Shown here: positions 8,382-17,032 of the stretch, one piece after another
How positions within the stretch are numbered: position 1 is the first letter of the stretch
How the letters are laid out: every line of letters starts with the position of its first letter
Assembly: GCA_043826355.1 (NCBI GenBank)
Contig: JBDRQI010000007.1
Span: forward strand, 1-47,462
Source: Candidatus Omnitrophota bacterium
Lineage (GTDB): Bacteria; Ratteibacteria; UBA8468; MWAK01
DNA length: 47,462 bases
Direction: 5' to 3'
The notes under the pieces: generated by a model
Told to the model about the DNA's origin: nothing
The model's database searches: none
What the model saw: the letters and a program-made list of their open reading frames with translations, nothing else
Made by a program: the position numbers and the translations under genes

Positions 8382-9647
8382 TTAATTTTCATTTATCCGC
8401 GTTATCTTCGCGCCGACTGCGTTCAGTTTCCCTTCCATATCCTGGTACCCCCGGTCCAGATGATAGATTCTGCTTACAACTGTTTCCCTGTCTGCGGCCA
8501 GACCGGCCAGCACAAGCGCGGCGCTGGCGCGCAGATCAGAAGCCATTACCCTGGTCCCGGCCAACCGCTCCCTGCCCCGGATAACAGCGGTCCCCTCCTG
8601 TAACGTGATGTCAGCTCCCATACGCTTCAATTCCGCGGCGTGCATGAACCTTTCCGGAAAAACCTTCTCCGTAATAACGCCAGTTCCTTCCGCCAGGCAC
8701 ATCAAAGACATAAATTGCGCCTGCAGATCGGTCGGAAATCCAGGGTAGGGAAGGGTCACGGCATCAACACCCTTGAGTCTTCCCCTGACTTTGATTGAAA
8801 CCTTCTTTTTCCCTCTTTTGATTTCGGCGCCGGCCTCAACCAATTTTTCCAGAAGCGCAAAAAGATGCTCCGGTACGCAGTTGCGTACCTCAACTTCGCC
8901 GGCGGTAATCGCGCCAGACAAAAGATGGGTTCCGGCTTCAATCCGGTCGGGAATAACGCAGTAATCAGCCGGTTTCAACCTTTTAACCCCTTTGATTCGA
9001 ACCAGGTGGCTTCCGGCACCGGAAATTTTGGCGCCCATCTTATTCAAAAAATTAGCCAGGTCAACTATTTCCGGCTCGCAAGCGGCGAATTCAATGACCG
9101 TCTCCCCGTTTGCGAAACAGGCGGTCATCAGCAGATTGGCCGTTGCCAGAACGCTGGAACCGAAATTACCCCCCAGAAAAATTGACGCCCCGGCCAACCG
9201 CCTGGTCTTTCCTTCAATATAACCCTCAACCAGTTTAAAGTCCACACCCAACTTCTCCAGACCCCTAAGATGAATATCAACCGGCCGGTCACCTATAACA
9301 CACCCGCCCGGCAGAGAAATACGCGCCTTACCAAAACAAGCCAGGAGCGGACCCAGCAGACAGATAGAAGCACGCATCTCCTTAACCAACTCGTAGGGCG
9401 CGGTACAACTGACTATCCCCGACGAATTCACGGTAATACAGTCATCCTCCCATTGTATCTGCGCGCCGAGCGCGGCGAGAATTTTAAGCATTGTCCGGAT
9501 GTCTCTCAGGTGCGGAACTCCGTATATCCGGCTCCTGCCCCCGGACAACAGGGTTGCGGCCAGAATGGGAAGACTGGCATTCTTGGAACCGCTCGTCGAA
9601 ATACTGCCCTTAAGCCGTTGCCCGCCGGAAATTTTAAGCGCTTCCAT
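8382..9647 (-). CDS. murA: UDP-N-acetylglucosamine 1-carboxyvinyltransferase
   Basis: GSKNASLPI, MRAS, LPGGCVIGDRP (active-site Cys), PYPGFPTDLQAQ, HLDRGY. Confidence 0.97.
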   Translation of the reverse strand: MEALKISGGQRLKGSISTSGSKNASLPILAATLLSGGRSRIYGVPHLRDIRTMLKILAALGAQIQWEDDCITVNSSGIVSCTAPYELVKEMRASICLLGPLLACFGKARISLPGGCVIGDRPVDIHLRGLEKLGVDFKLVEGYIEGKTRRLAGASIFLGGNFGSSVLATANLLMTACFANGETVIEFAACEPEIVDLANFLNKMGAKISGAGSHLVRIKGVKRLKPADYCVIPDRIEAGTHLLSGAITAGEVEVRNCVPEHLFALLEKLVEAGAEIKRGKKKVSIKVRGRLKGVDAVTLPYPGFPTDLQAQFMSLMCLAEGTGVITEKVFPERFMHAAELKRMGADITLQEGTAVIRGRERLAGTRVMASDLRASAALVLAGLAADRETVVSRIYHLDRGYQDMEGKLNAVGAKITRINEN

Positions 9648-9658
9648 AGATTTTAAAC

Positions 9659-9713
9659 GGGCGGGGATGTAACCCCGCCCCTACATTGGCGACTTTGAAA
9701 AAGGTCGCACTAC
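9659..9713 (-). repeat. Two tandem GTAG-type REPs between prmC and murA
   Basis: Minus strand: GTAG-T-GCGACCTTTTTCAAAGTCGC (9713-9689) and GTAG-GGGCGGGG-TTACAT-CCCCGCCC (9684-9659). Confidence 0.75.
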
Positions 9714-10573
9714 GTTATTGCCTCTGGTTTCTGAGCAACAACCACCCGGTCGATACCGGCCAGGTCCTTGATTACTTTTTCCAGTTTAAAACCGGATTTT
9801 TTAAGTAAAGAAACAGTTTTTTCCGCCTGGCCATATCCAATTTCAAATATCAGGTAACCGCCGGCCGCCAGAATCCTGCGGCTTTCGGTTATCAGGATGC
9901 GAATGAAATTCAGACCGTCCGGTCCGCCGAAAAGCGCCTTTTCCGGTTCCCGCCTTACTTCTTTTGACAGATTTCTTCTTTCCGCCAGCGGAACGTAAGG
10001 AGGGTTGGAAAGGATAATTTCAAACTTTTTCTTGGTTTTACCGGCAAAAAGACTAAAATCTTCCTGTTGTATCCTGGATCGGTTACTTTGTATTCGCAAC
10101 CGGCGCCTGTTTTCCCGGGCCGTTTTTACCGCCGGCAGGCTTTTGTCTATCAAAAGAATTTCGGCTTTAAATAATTTAGCCACGGTCAAACCGACCGCTC
10201 CGCAACCGGTCCCGACCTCCAAAATCCGCTTTTTACCAGGGAAGTCGGAAATTTTTTCCCTGGCCGCCTGCACCAACAATTCCGTTTCCGGCCGGGGAAT
10301 AAAAACCCCCCGCCTTACCCGAAAAATCAGTCCACAAAAAGTAACTTCCCCGGCCAAGTATTGGAGCGGTTCCCCTTGAGCGCGCCGGGCCAGAAGACGC
10401 TTAAACAAAATCTTTTTCTGTCCTGCGACCTCTTTTTCCGGGTAGAGATAAAGGTCTATCCGCCGCAAATTCAACAGATGGGCCAGGATAATTTCAGCGC
10501 AAAGGCGCGGCTCTTCAACTTTTCTACCTTTAAGGTAGGTGCTGCCTTCTTTTAGAAGCGCGGATAGAAACAC
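9710..10573 (-). CDS. prmC: Release factor glutamine methyltransferase (HemK/PrmC); start uncertain (GTG 10573 or TTG 10639)
   Basis: GEPLQY, FIPRPETE, EVGTGCG SAM motif, SNPPY, ALFGGPDGL, EIGYGQ. No ATG anywhere in the frame. Confidence 0.9.
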   Translation of the reverse strand: MFLSALLKEGSTYLKGRKVEEPRLCAEIILAHLLNLRRIDLYLYPEKEVAGQKKILFKRLLARRAQGEPLQYLAGEVTFCGLIFRVRRGVFIPRPETELLVQAAREKISDFPGKKRILEVGTGCGAVGLTVAKLFKAEILLIDKSLPAVKTARENRRRLRIQSNRSRIQQEDFSLFAGKTKKKFEIILSNPPYVPLAERRNLSKEVRREPEKALFGGPDGLNFIRILITESRRILAAGGYLIFEIGYGQAEKTVSLLKKSGFKLEKVIKDLAGIDRVVVAQKPEAIT

Positions 10574-10592
10574 GTCTATTTGACGGGCGGGC

Positions 10593-10664
10593 TTGCCCGC
10601 CGAAGCCTTGGCGAAGGCGGGACGCCTGCCCTGCGACAATGTGTGCGATGAATCGCACCGCTAC
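10593..10664 (-). repeat. GTAG REP (10643-10664) plus CCCGCC..GGCGGG repeat copy 2 (10593-10623)
   Basis: GTAGCG-GTGCGAT-TC-ATCGCAC, then GTCCCGCCTTCGCCAAGGCTTCGGCGGGCAA. Confidence 0.75.
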
Positions 10665-10927
10665 GGTTGTTTTGAAGAAGCGAAGCGCGTATTGGCTTCG
10701 ATATCCAACGCCACCAGGATTAACTGGCTCATACCGTAAAGATAAAGAAAACCGAAAACACCGTAAACCAGGGAAGCCAGGCATAAAATACCGCTGGCCT
10801 CCGGCTTACGCACAATCAAACCCAGCCCTACCAAAAGACCGACACCGCAAAGAACCGCCACTACCCAGGCGAGCGTACACAAAGCGTCCGAAACTTTCTT
10901 TAGGCCCGCGTATTTAATTTCTGCCAT
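10661..10927 (-). CDS. Small two-TM hypothetical membrane protein
   Basis: 88 aa, two hydrophobic helices, C-terminal LILVALDIEANTR; GGAGG SD. Confidence 0.75.
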   Translation of the reverse strand: MAEIKYAGLKKVSDALCTLAWVVAVLCGVGLLVGLGLIVRKPEASGILCLASLVYGVFGFLYLYGMSQLILVALDIEANTRFASSKQP

Positions 10928-10967
10928 TCTTTATACCCTCCATTCTTTATCGCCGCAGGAACATAAC

Positions 10968-11076
10968 GCAGGGGCTTGATTCATCAAGCCCGTCCCGCAA
11001 AAGACAACAGCCGCCTATATGGGGCCCGCGGGTCGGATGTCGTAGATCCGCCTCAGGCTTCGAATCCGACCCCTAC
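10968..11076. repeat. Inverted REP doublet (REPIN-like)
   Basis: Plus strand GCAG-GGGCTTGAT-TC-ATCAAGCCC (10968-10991); minus strand GTAG-GGGTCGGAT..ATCCGACCC (11076-11030). Confidence 0.7.
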
Positions 11077-11417
11077 TTTATTTCCGAGTTGTCCATGGCC
11101 ATTTTGCCGAACACCGGCAAAAGAAAATATTCACCCTTATACGCCTTTACCATCAGGATGACCCAGAAAATAACTCCCACCAGATTAATCAGAGGAAGAA
11201 AAAATTTCAACAGAAAAGGTATAAAAGAAAAAACAACGCCGATTACTACCTGTAAAATAAGCCAGGCTACCGAAAAGAAGATTGCCTGCAGGCTGTGAAA
11301 ACGAACAAACTTATTCTTCTTTTCCGTTAGAAAAAAGAAGAGGCCGGTAATTACCCCCAAAACATAGCAAAGCAACCCGGCCATATTTTCCTTCAATCCG
11401 CTGCTGGTTTCTTCCAT
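11073..11417 (-). CDS. DUF4870/Tic20-like small membrane protein
   Basis: GLKENMAGLLCY...FVRFHSLQAI...KAYKGE..LPVFG pattern; three TM helices; GGAGG SD. Confidence 0.8.
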   Translation of the reverse strand: MEETSSGLKENMAGLLCYVLGVITGLFFFLTEKKNKFVRFHSLQAIFFSVAWLILQVVIGVVFSFIPFLLKFFLPLINLVGVIFWVILMVKAYKGEYFLLPVFGKMAMDNSEIK

Positions 11418-11435
11418 GTTTTACCTCCCTGTTTG

Positions 11436-11458
11436 CGCACCCTAAAGGGTGCGGCTAC
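11436..11458 (-). repeat. GTAG REP (GTAGCCGCACCCTTTAGGGTGCG), copy 1
   Basis: 22 of 23 nt identical to 36612-36634. Confidence 0.85.
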
Positions 11459-11460
11459 CT

Positions 11461-12378
11461 CTACGGATTTTGTGCTTCCTTCAGCGCTTCGATAACCGGC
11501 TCCAGACCTCCATCCATAATCTCCTTAAGATTTCGGCTGGTAAAACCAGCCCGGTGGTCAGTCAGGCGATTCTGGGGAAAGTTGTAGGTTCTAATCTTTT
11601 CGCTGCGGTCGCCGGTCTTTATCTTTGCCCGGCGCTCTGCATCCATCGCTTCTTCCTGTTTCCTTTCCTGCTGCTGAGCCAGGCGGGCCGCCATCACCTT
11701 TAACGCGCGTTCCTTGTTTTGCAACTGACTGCGCTCATCCTGGCAACTGACCACGATTCCGGTGGGAAGGTGAGTCACGCGGACCGCAGAATAGGTTGTA
11801 TTGACCGACTGACCTCCGGCGCCGGAAGAACAAAAAGTGTCAATCTTAATCTCTTTGGGGTCAATCTTCACTTCCCGGCTCTCGGTTTCCGGAAAGACCG
11901 CTACCGTAGCAGCCGAGGTGTGGATGCGGCCCTGAGATTCCGTTTCCGGAATGCGCTGCACCCGGTGCACGCCGCTTTCGTATTTCAAGAAACCGTAAGC
12001 GCCCTTCCCTTTAACCAGGAAAATAATAGACCTTATCCCGCTTTTTTCGCTGAAATTGCTGTCAAAAATTTCGGTTTTTAAGCCCTCCCGTTCCGTGAAA
12101 CGGGTATACATCCGAAAGAGGTCCCGAGCAAAAAGAGCGGCTTCTTCACCGCCGGTACCAGCCCGAACTTCAACGATAGCGTTGCGGCTGTCCCGGCTTT
12201 CTAAAATCTTCTTCGCCGATTCCTTTTCCAACCGGTTCACCTCTGCCAGGAGCCGGCTGGCTTCTTCCCGGGCCAACTCCGCCATTCCCGAATCCTTTTC
12301 GTTCCGGGTCAACTCCTTTGCTTCAGACAGTTCTTTTTTTATCCGGTCAAGAACGGAATAATTATTCTTTCTTTCCAT
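11461..12378 (-). CDS. prfA: Peptide chain release factor 1 (short N-terminus)
   Basis: [25 protein letters not shown] (PxT motif of RF1), [22 protein letters not shown]; 305 aa. Confidence 0.93.
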   Translation of the reverse strand: MERKNNYSVLDRIKKELSEAKELTRNEKDSGMAELAREEASRLLAEVNRLEKESAKKILESRDSRNAIVEVRAGTGGEEAALFARDLFRMYTRFTEREGLKTEIFDSNFSEKSGIRSIIFLVKGKGAYGFLKYESGVHRVQRIPETESQGRIHTSAATVAVFPETESREVKIDPKEIKIDTFCSSGAGGQSVNTTYSAVRVTHLPTGIVVSCQDERSQLQNKERALKVMAARLAQQQERKQEEAMDAERRAKIKTGDRSEKIRTYNFPQNRLTDHRAGFTSRNLKEIMDGGLEPVIEALKEAQNP

Positions 12379-12565
12379 ATCTCTGTCGGAACTTCTCTAC
12401 CCGGCCGGCGGAATCGACAAACTTGGACTTTCCGGTAAAAAACGGGTGACAGGCAGCGCATATTTCCACATGCATCTCTTTCTTGGTAGAACCCGTTTCC
12501 ACCATATTCCCGCAAGCACAGATAATCTTGCTGGGAGAATAGGCGGGATGAATATCCTTCTTCAT
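12362..12565 (-). CDS. rpmE: 50S ribosomal protein L31 (zinc-binding type)
   Basis: [27 protein letters not shown]. Confidence 0.96.
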   Translation of the reverse strand: MKKDIHPAYSPSKIICACGNMVETGSTKKEMHVEICAACHPFFTGKSKFVDSAGRVEKFRQRYGKKE

Positions 12566-13116
12566 TTTTCCTCCATCTCCAAATCGGCGCGGCCGATCGG
12601 GTGTTCCACTTCGGTCAAGCCCTCACTACTGAAGTATTTGATCGGCTGGCCATCGATTAAAAACCCGACTTTATTCACACCGGAAAACTGGGTAGCGGTA
12701 TAAACAATTTGACGCAACCGGGTCAGCATCGTTTTCGTCCCGCCGCCTTCATCAATCTGCCTGGAAAAATTCAATAAAACCGTGTCTTCCTCCATAAAAA
12801 CGCTCAGCAGCCGCGCTTCCCGGGGCAAGGCGGAATCGTAACCGGCTTCTTTTTCCGCTTCATCCGGACCCTGCAGGAGAAGGGTCATTACGTTTTTAAC
12901 TTTTTCGTCAACAGACCAAATCCGGGGCACTTTCCGTACCACCGGCACAACCATTTCACCCTGGGTAAAATAAAGGTTAATTTCCCCGGTCCGGCCAATC
13001 CGCAATATCCGGGGAAAAACCGCAAAATCAGCCGAAGGCACAAACGCCTTATAAATAAAAAAACCGGCTGCCGCCAGCAGCAAAAAAAGAACTATGTAAC
13101 CGATTGTTTTTTTCAT
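12562..13116 (-). CDS. GerMN domain protein with N-terminal membrane anchor
   Basis: [31 protein letters not shown] pattern. Confidence 0.8.
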   Translation of the reverse strand: MKKTIGYIVLFLLLAAAGFFIYKAFVPSADFAVFPRILRIGRTGEINLYFTQGEMVVPVVRKVPRIWSVDEKVKNVMTLLLQGPDEAEKEAGYDSALPREARLLSVFMEEDTVLLNFSRQIDEGGGTKTMLTRLRQIVYTATQFSGVNKVGFLIDGQPIKYFSSEGLTEVEHPIGRADLEMEEK

Positions 13117-14885
13117 AGTGATGCAGAGAGTTTATTGAACTCATTCCAGATTTCTCCGGGTATCCGGTCGCCGAATTTCTTCAAAAAGATTTCGACGTCG
13201 GGGAGTTCGGCCTTCCATTCCCCGGGGTTTACGGACAACGCCTTTTCCAGATTCGCCTCGGAAAGATCCAGGCCGGAAAGGTCCAGACCGTTTTGGCCGG
13301 GCAGAAATCCGGCCGGCGTCTCCCGAAAATTCGTTAAACCGGCATCAAGGGAACGCTCCACAATCCATTTCAAAACCCGGATATTATCGCCGAAACCGGG
13401 CCAGAGAAACTTTCCGTCTTCATCTTTGCGGAACCAGTTGATACAAAATATCTCCGGCGGCCTGGCCATCCGTTTCCCCATATTCAGCCAGTGTCGAAAA
13501 TAATCACCCATATTATAACCGCAAAAAGGCAGCATCGCCATCGGGTCCCGGCGCAAAATCCCGACCTGGTGAGCAGCGGCGGCGGTGGTTTCCGAACCCA
13601 TCATAGCCGCCATAAATACGCCGTGCTGCCAGTTGAAACTCTGCAAAACAAGCGGCCGGGTATCGCTCCTGCGCCCGCCGAAAATTATGGCCGAAATCGG
13701 AACTCCTTGCGGATTATCGGCTTCCGGTGAAAACACGGGGCACTGCCTGATATCAACCGTAAACCGGGAATTGGGGTGGGCGGCCGGCGTTTTGGAATCC
13801 GACGACCAGCGATTTCCCTGCCAGTCCAGCAGATTTTCCGGCCGGGAACCATCCATCCCCTCCCACCACGGTTCGTTCGTATCGGTGTTCAAAGCGGTAT
13901 TCGTATAAAGGGTCGGATAAGAAGTGCCCGCTTTCAGGGTCATCATCATATTGGGGTTGGTCACCAGGGAAGTCCCGGGCGCCACTCCAAAGAATCCGGA
14001 CTCCGGATTCAAAGCATAAAGCCGGCCGTCCTCTCCGACGTGCAGCCAGGCGATGTCATCGCCCAGGGTCCATATTTTGTATCCGGGCAAGACGGATTCC
14101 ATCATCGCCAGGTTGGTCTTCCCGCAGGCAGAAGGAAGCGCCGCAACCAGGTAAGCAACATTTCCTTTCGGGTCTTCCACGCCGATAATCACCATGTGCT
14201 CGGCCAGCCAACCTTCCTTTAAACCCATCCAGGAAGCAATTCTTAAAGAAAAGCATTTTTTACCCAGCAGCGCGTTTCCGCCGTAACCGGAGCCGATGCT
14301 CCAGACCAGATTATCCTCGGGAAAATGCATGATAAAACGGCGGGTTGGGTCAAAATCGCCTACCGAATGAATGCCCTTCACGAAATTTTCCGAAGCGCCG
14401 ATCCGGTCCAGCGCATCCTTTCCCAAGCGGGTCATTATCCGCATGCTCACCGCAACGTAAGAGATATCGGTAAGCTGGACACAGGCCTTGGCGTACGGGG
14501 AAAGGGGGTTACCCATCATATAGGGAAGCACGTACATCGTCCGGCCGGCCATACACCCTTCGGAGAGCCCGCGCATCTTCGCTTTGGCTTCCAGCGGGTC
14601 CATCCAGTTGTTGTTGGGGCCGACCGTCTCCCGGTCCGGATGGCAGACAAACGTCAGTTGTTCGGTCCGGGCTACGTCGGTCGGGTGGCTTCGGTGCAGA
14701 TAGGAAAGAGGGAACGTTTCCTGGTTAAGTTTATAAAATACATTCTGGCTGCCGATACGCTCCTCTTTTTCGCCGATTTCCACCAGGCGCCGCGCTTCTT
14801 CCTCGGAGCCGTCGCACCAGTATACCCGGGCCGGCCTGGTCAGCCGCGCCTGTTCCTCCACCCATTTTCCCAAAGGTGTCGCCAT
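13113..14885 (-). CDS. pckG: Phosphoenolpyruvate carboxykinase (GTP)
   Basis: GSGYGGNALLGKK, PSACGKTNLAM, GDDIAW, AHPNSRF, DPMAMLPFCGYN. Confidence 0.96.
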   Translation of the reverse strand: MATPLGKWVEEQARLTRPARVYWCDGSEEEARRLVEIGEKEERIGSQNVFYKLNQETFPLSYLHRSHPTDVARTEQLTFVCHPDRETVGPNNNWMDPLEAKAKMRGLSEGCMAGRTMYVLPYMMGNPLSPYAKACVQLTDISYVAVSMRIMTRLGKDALDRIGASENFVKGIHSVGDFDPTRRFIMHFPEDNLVWSIGSGYGGNALLGKKCFSLRIASWMGLKEGWLAEHMVIIGVEDPKGNVAYLVAALPSACGKTNLAMMESVLPGYKIWTLGDDIAWLHVGEDGRLYALNPESGFFGVAPGTSLVTNPNMMMTLKAGTSYPTLYTNTALNTDTNEPWWEGMDGSRPENLLDWQGNRWSSDSKTPAAHPNSRFTVDIRQCPVFSPEADNPQGVPISAIIFGGRRSDTRPLVLQSFNWQHGVFMAAMMGSETTAAAAHQVGILRRDPMAMLPFCGYNMGDYFRHWLNMGKRMARPPEIFCINWFRKDEDGKFLWPGFGDNIRVLKWIVERSLDAGLTNFRETPAGFLPGQNGLDLSGLDLSEANLEKALSVNPGEWKAELPDVEIFLKKFGDRIPGEIWNEFNKLSASL

Positions 14886-14889
14886 AGAT

Positions 14890-14924
14890 ACAGTGAACCG
14901 TAAATGGTGAACAGTGAATTGGTA
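14890..14924 (+). repeat. Heptamer tandem array (AnnGT[G/A]A), left
   Basis: ACAGTGA ACCGTAA ATGGTGA ACAGTGA ATTGGTA. Confidence 0.6.
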
Positions 14925-14945
14925 ACTACCAAAACTTGACTTTAT

Positions 14946-14974
14946 ATTTTACTACATTGGCGGGAATTCGGCAA
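14946..14974 (-). promoter_or_regulatory. Candidate sigma70 promoter of the pck-rpmE-prfA-prmC-murA operon
   Basis: TTGCCG-N17-TAAAAT. Confidence 0.6.
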
Positions 14975-15119
14975 ACAGAAAGCCGGGGTCAGACCTGAGA
15001 AAATGACGAGGATGGGGTTGCTATTTTCGGTTCAGGATGAAATCCAGGACCCGGAAAGTCCATTCAAAGCGAGTGCCGCTGTCTCCGGCAAAATCGGTTC
15101 GTGTGTCCGTCGCCGTATC

Positions 15120-16868
15120 TCAGGAAACAAAAAAAGAGTAAACGCCCGTTTTTTTACTTCCCCATGTTTCATCTATGGTAAGACGAATTCCCCTGGTGAG
15201 TTTTCCGAGAGTCAGGGTAAAAAATCTTTGGTGGTTGTCGCGACAGCGGAAGATGGTCTTCCAATTTTTTCCGTCCCGGATGTCGATGTGAAACCTCCGG
15301 ACAAGTTCAGACGGAGGCGCTGTTAACTGATTGTCCTTTTGGAGCCAGCTCATGGCAACCAGTTTGGACAGTCCGCTGTCAAAAACGACGGTAACCTTTT
15401 CTAAGTACGATTCCTCGTTGAAACGGTATTCAAGAAAGTCGTTTTTTCCGCAACTCCAACGGTGGGTTTCTTTACCGACGGGCCGCGAGATTCCGTCGCG
15501 TACCGGTTCCGGATTTCCTGAAGAAGCCGTGAGTTTTGCCCCGAATGTCAGAAACGAAAATTTCTGTTTCAGTCCAGGCAGAAAGCAATCGTCAGCCAGA
15601 AGATTTTGTTGCAATTCGTCTATCTTCTTTGACCCGACTTCCCCTGGGGTAATCTGAGCTTTTACGGCAATTGCCGCCGCGGTTCCTACCGCCTGCCCAC
15701 CGGCCGCGCACGTACCCATAACCCGCGTGGAAGAAAAGGCGATATGGCTGCAGCTGATACACCTGCCGGCAAACATCAAATTGTCGACGTTGCACGAATA
15801 AAATATCCGGTACGGAATCCCATAAGGCGACGGCGTATCAACAACCACATTTGCCCTTTTTTTAAAACCGATCGACTTGAATCCGCCGGGGTCATGGTCG
15901 TCAATCGGCCAGCCGCCATAGGTAACGACGTCTTCAAAGCGGCCTCCGGACAGAATGTCGTTTTGCGTCAGCACGTAACCCCCCGTGTACCGGACGGATT
16001 CCCTTTTGGTGGGCAGGAACTGTACCCATTCCAGCGCCCAGTTCCTGGCTTTGCCGCGGTAAATGCAGTAATTTTTGATATGGTCCCAGACGCCGTAAAC
16101 CATTTTAAGAAGTTCGTCGCGAATTTCTTCGGCGTCATGAATCGTGTCATCTTCACCCCCGGTTTCAATCCACCAGTATCCCATGTCCAGGTGCCGGTGA
16201 CCTTCCTTTCCGAACGGAAAATTATTTTCTGCCGGGTATTTATATGCCCAGGGGAACGATTTAAACGGCTGGGGTTTCCCCGTATCTACGGCCTTGAAAA
16301 GGCAGGTCAACCCCATCGTCTTTTTATCCGCCTTCTCCGGGGCGAGAGATTCGCCGTATTCGTTCTTTCCCTCTCTCCCCGTTCTAAATTGCGCACCGGT
16401 AAGCGGCGCGAGGATTCCGTCTCCGGAACAATCGACAAAAATATTCGCCTCCACCATATGATACGTCTGGGTCGTGAGCTGCCAGCCCGTAACCGCCTTA
16501 ATCCGGCCGCCGTCCATCTCCGCGGACAGGCACGTGGTGTTCAGCAGAAGCGTTATATTTTTCTCAAATTTAACCTTTTCGTACAAAATTGTGTCCCAAA
16601 CGGAAAAATTCCTCTGAGGATTTCTCCACAGGTTTTCCAACCGTAACTCCTCCAGAATACCCGTCTCCCGCATATCCGGCATTTTGCCGTGCCGGTCTGC
16701 TCCGCAGATGTGCATCCGGTTTTCGCTTGAAGAAGCGCCTCCCAGCACAGGCCGGTCGTGGATGAGCGCCACCGAAACGTTATGGCGCCCGGCGGCAAGG
16801 GCCGCGCATATTCCGGAAATGCCTCCGCCCACAACGCATACATCAACCATTTTGGTATTTTTTCTCAT
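15120..16868 (-). CDS. FAD-dependent oxidoreductase (FAD_oxidored-like) with a C-terminal beta-rich domain; start 16868 or 16901
   Basis: VCVVGGGISG, DRPVLGG, DCSGDG, NLMFAGRCIS, RVMGTC. Confidence 0.85.
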   Translation of the reverse strand: MRKNTKMVDVCVVGGGISGICAALAAGRHNVSVALIHDRPVLGGASSSENRMHICGADRHGKMPDMRETGILEELRLENLWRNPQRNFSVWDTILYEKVKFEKNITLLLNTTCLSAEMDGGRIKAVTGWQLTTQTYHMVEANIFVDCSGDGILAPLTGAQFRTGREGKNEYGESLAPEKADKKTMGLTCLFKAVDTGKPQPFKSFPWAYKYPAENNFPFGKEGHRHLDMGYWWIETGGEDDTIHDAEEIRDELLKMVYGVWDHIKNYCIYRGKARNWALEWVQFLPTKRESVRYTGGYVLTQNDILSGGRFEDVVTYGGWPIDDHDPGGFKSIGFKKRANVVVDTPSPYGIPYRIFYSCNVDNLMFAGRCISCSHIAFSSTRVMGTCAAGGQAVGTAAAIAVKAQITPGEVGSKKIDELQQNLLADDCFLPGLKQKFSFLTFGAKLTASSGNPEPVRDGISRPVGKETHRWSCGKNDFLEYRFNEESYLEKVTVVFDSGLSKLVAMSWLQKDNQLTAPPSELVRRFHIDIRDGKNWKTIFRCRDNHQRFFTLTLGKLTRGIRLTIDETWGSKKTGVYSFFVS

Positions 16869-17004
16869 GGGCAGATTTCCCCCGCTCAACTCAACCGACA
16901 TTACCTATTGCCCCGGATAAGAGTTTATGCATCTTATCAGTCGGAAACAGTCACATTTTCAAATTGCCTCGTCAAAAACAAAATGGCCGGTTGCCGATTA
17001 TCGT

Positions 17005-17032
17005 GTACTGTTCACAATTCACTATTCGCCGT
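17005..17032 (-). repeat. Heptamer tandem array, right, inverted relative to 14890-14924
   Basis: Minus strand ACGGCGA ATAGTGA ATTGTGA ACAGTAC. Confidence 0.55.

Noticed and set aside
10643..10664. UAG plus hairpin as a pyrrolysine insertion signal
   Set aside because: No pyl genes are in the window, the other UAG-REP genes are complete at the UAG, and they are out of frame with the next gene.
10925..10950. 10-bp direct repeat CATTCTTTAT around the SD of the 88-aa ORF
   Set aside because: A short AT-rich local duplication with no further support as a target-site duplication.
9659..11464. REP cluster as a CRISPR array or integron attC array
   Set aside because: The repeats differ in sequence and spacing, no cas or intI gene is in the window, and no attC-type GTTRRRY/RYYYAAC ends were seen.
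12359..12380. prfB-style +1 frameshift fusing L31 to RF1 at the rpmE UAA
   Set aside because: prfA is in the +1 frame, but the P-site codon GAA cannot re-pair on AAU, the internal SD is weak, and an in-frame ATG is available.
14985..15119. GGGGTCAGACC-containing spacer as a transposase remnant, and ORF 15003-15326
   Set aside because: No recognisable transposase motif; the ORF is largely antisense to the FAD gene.
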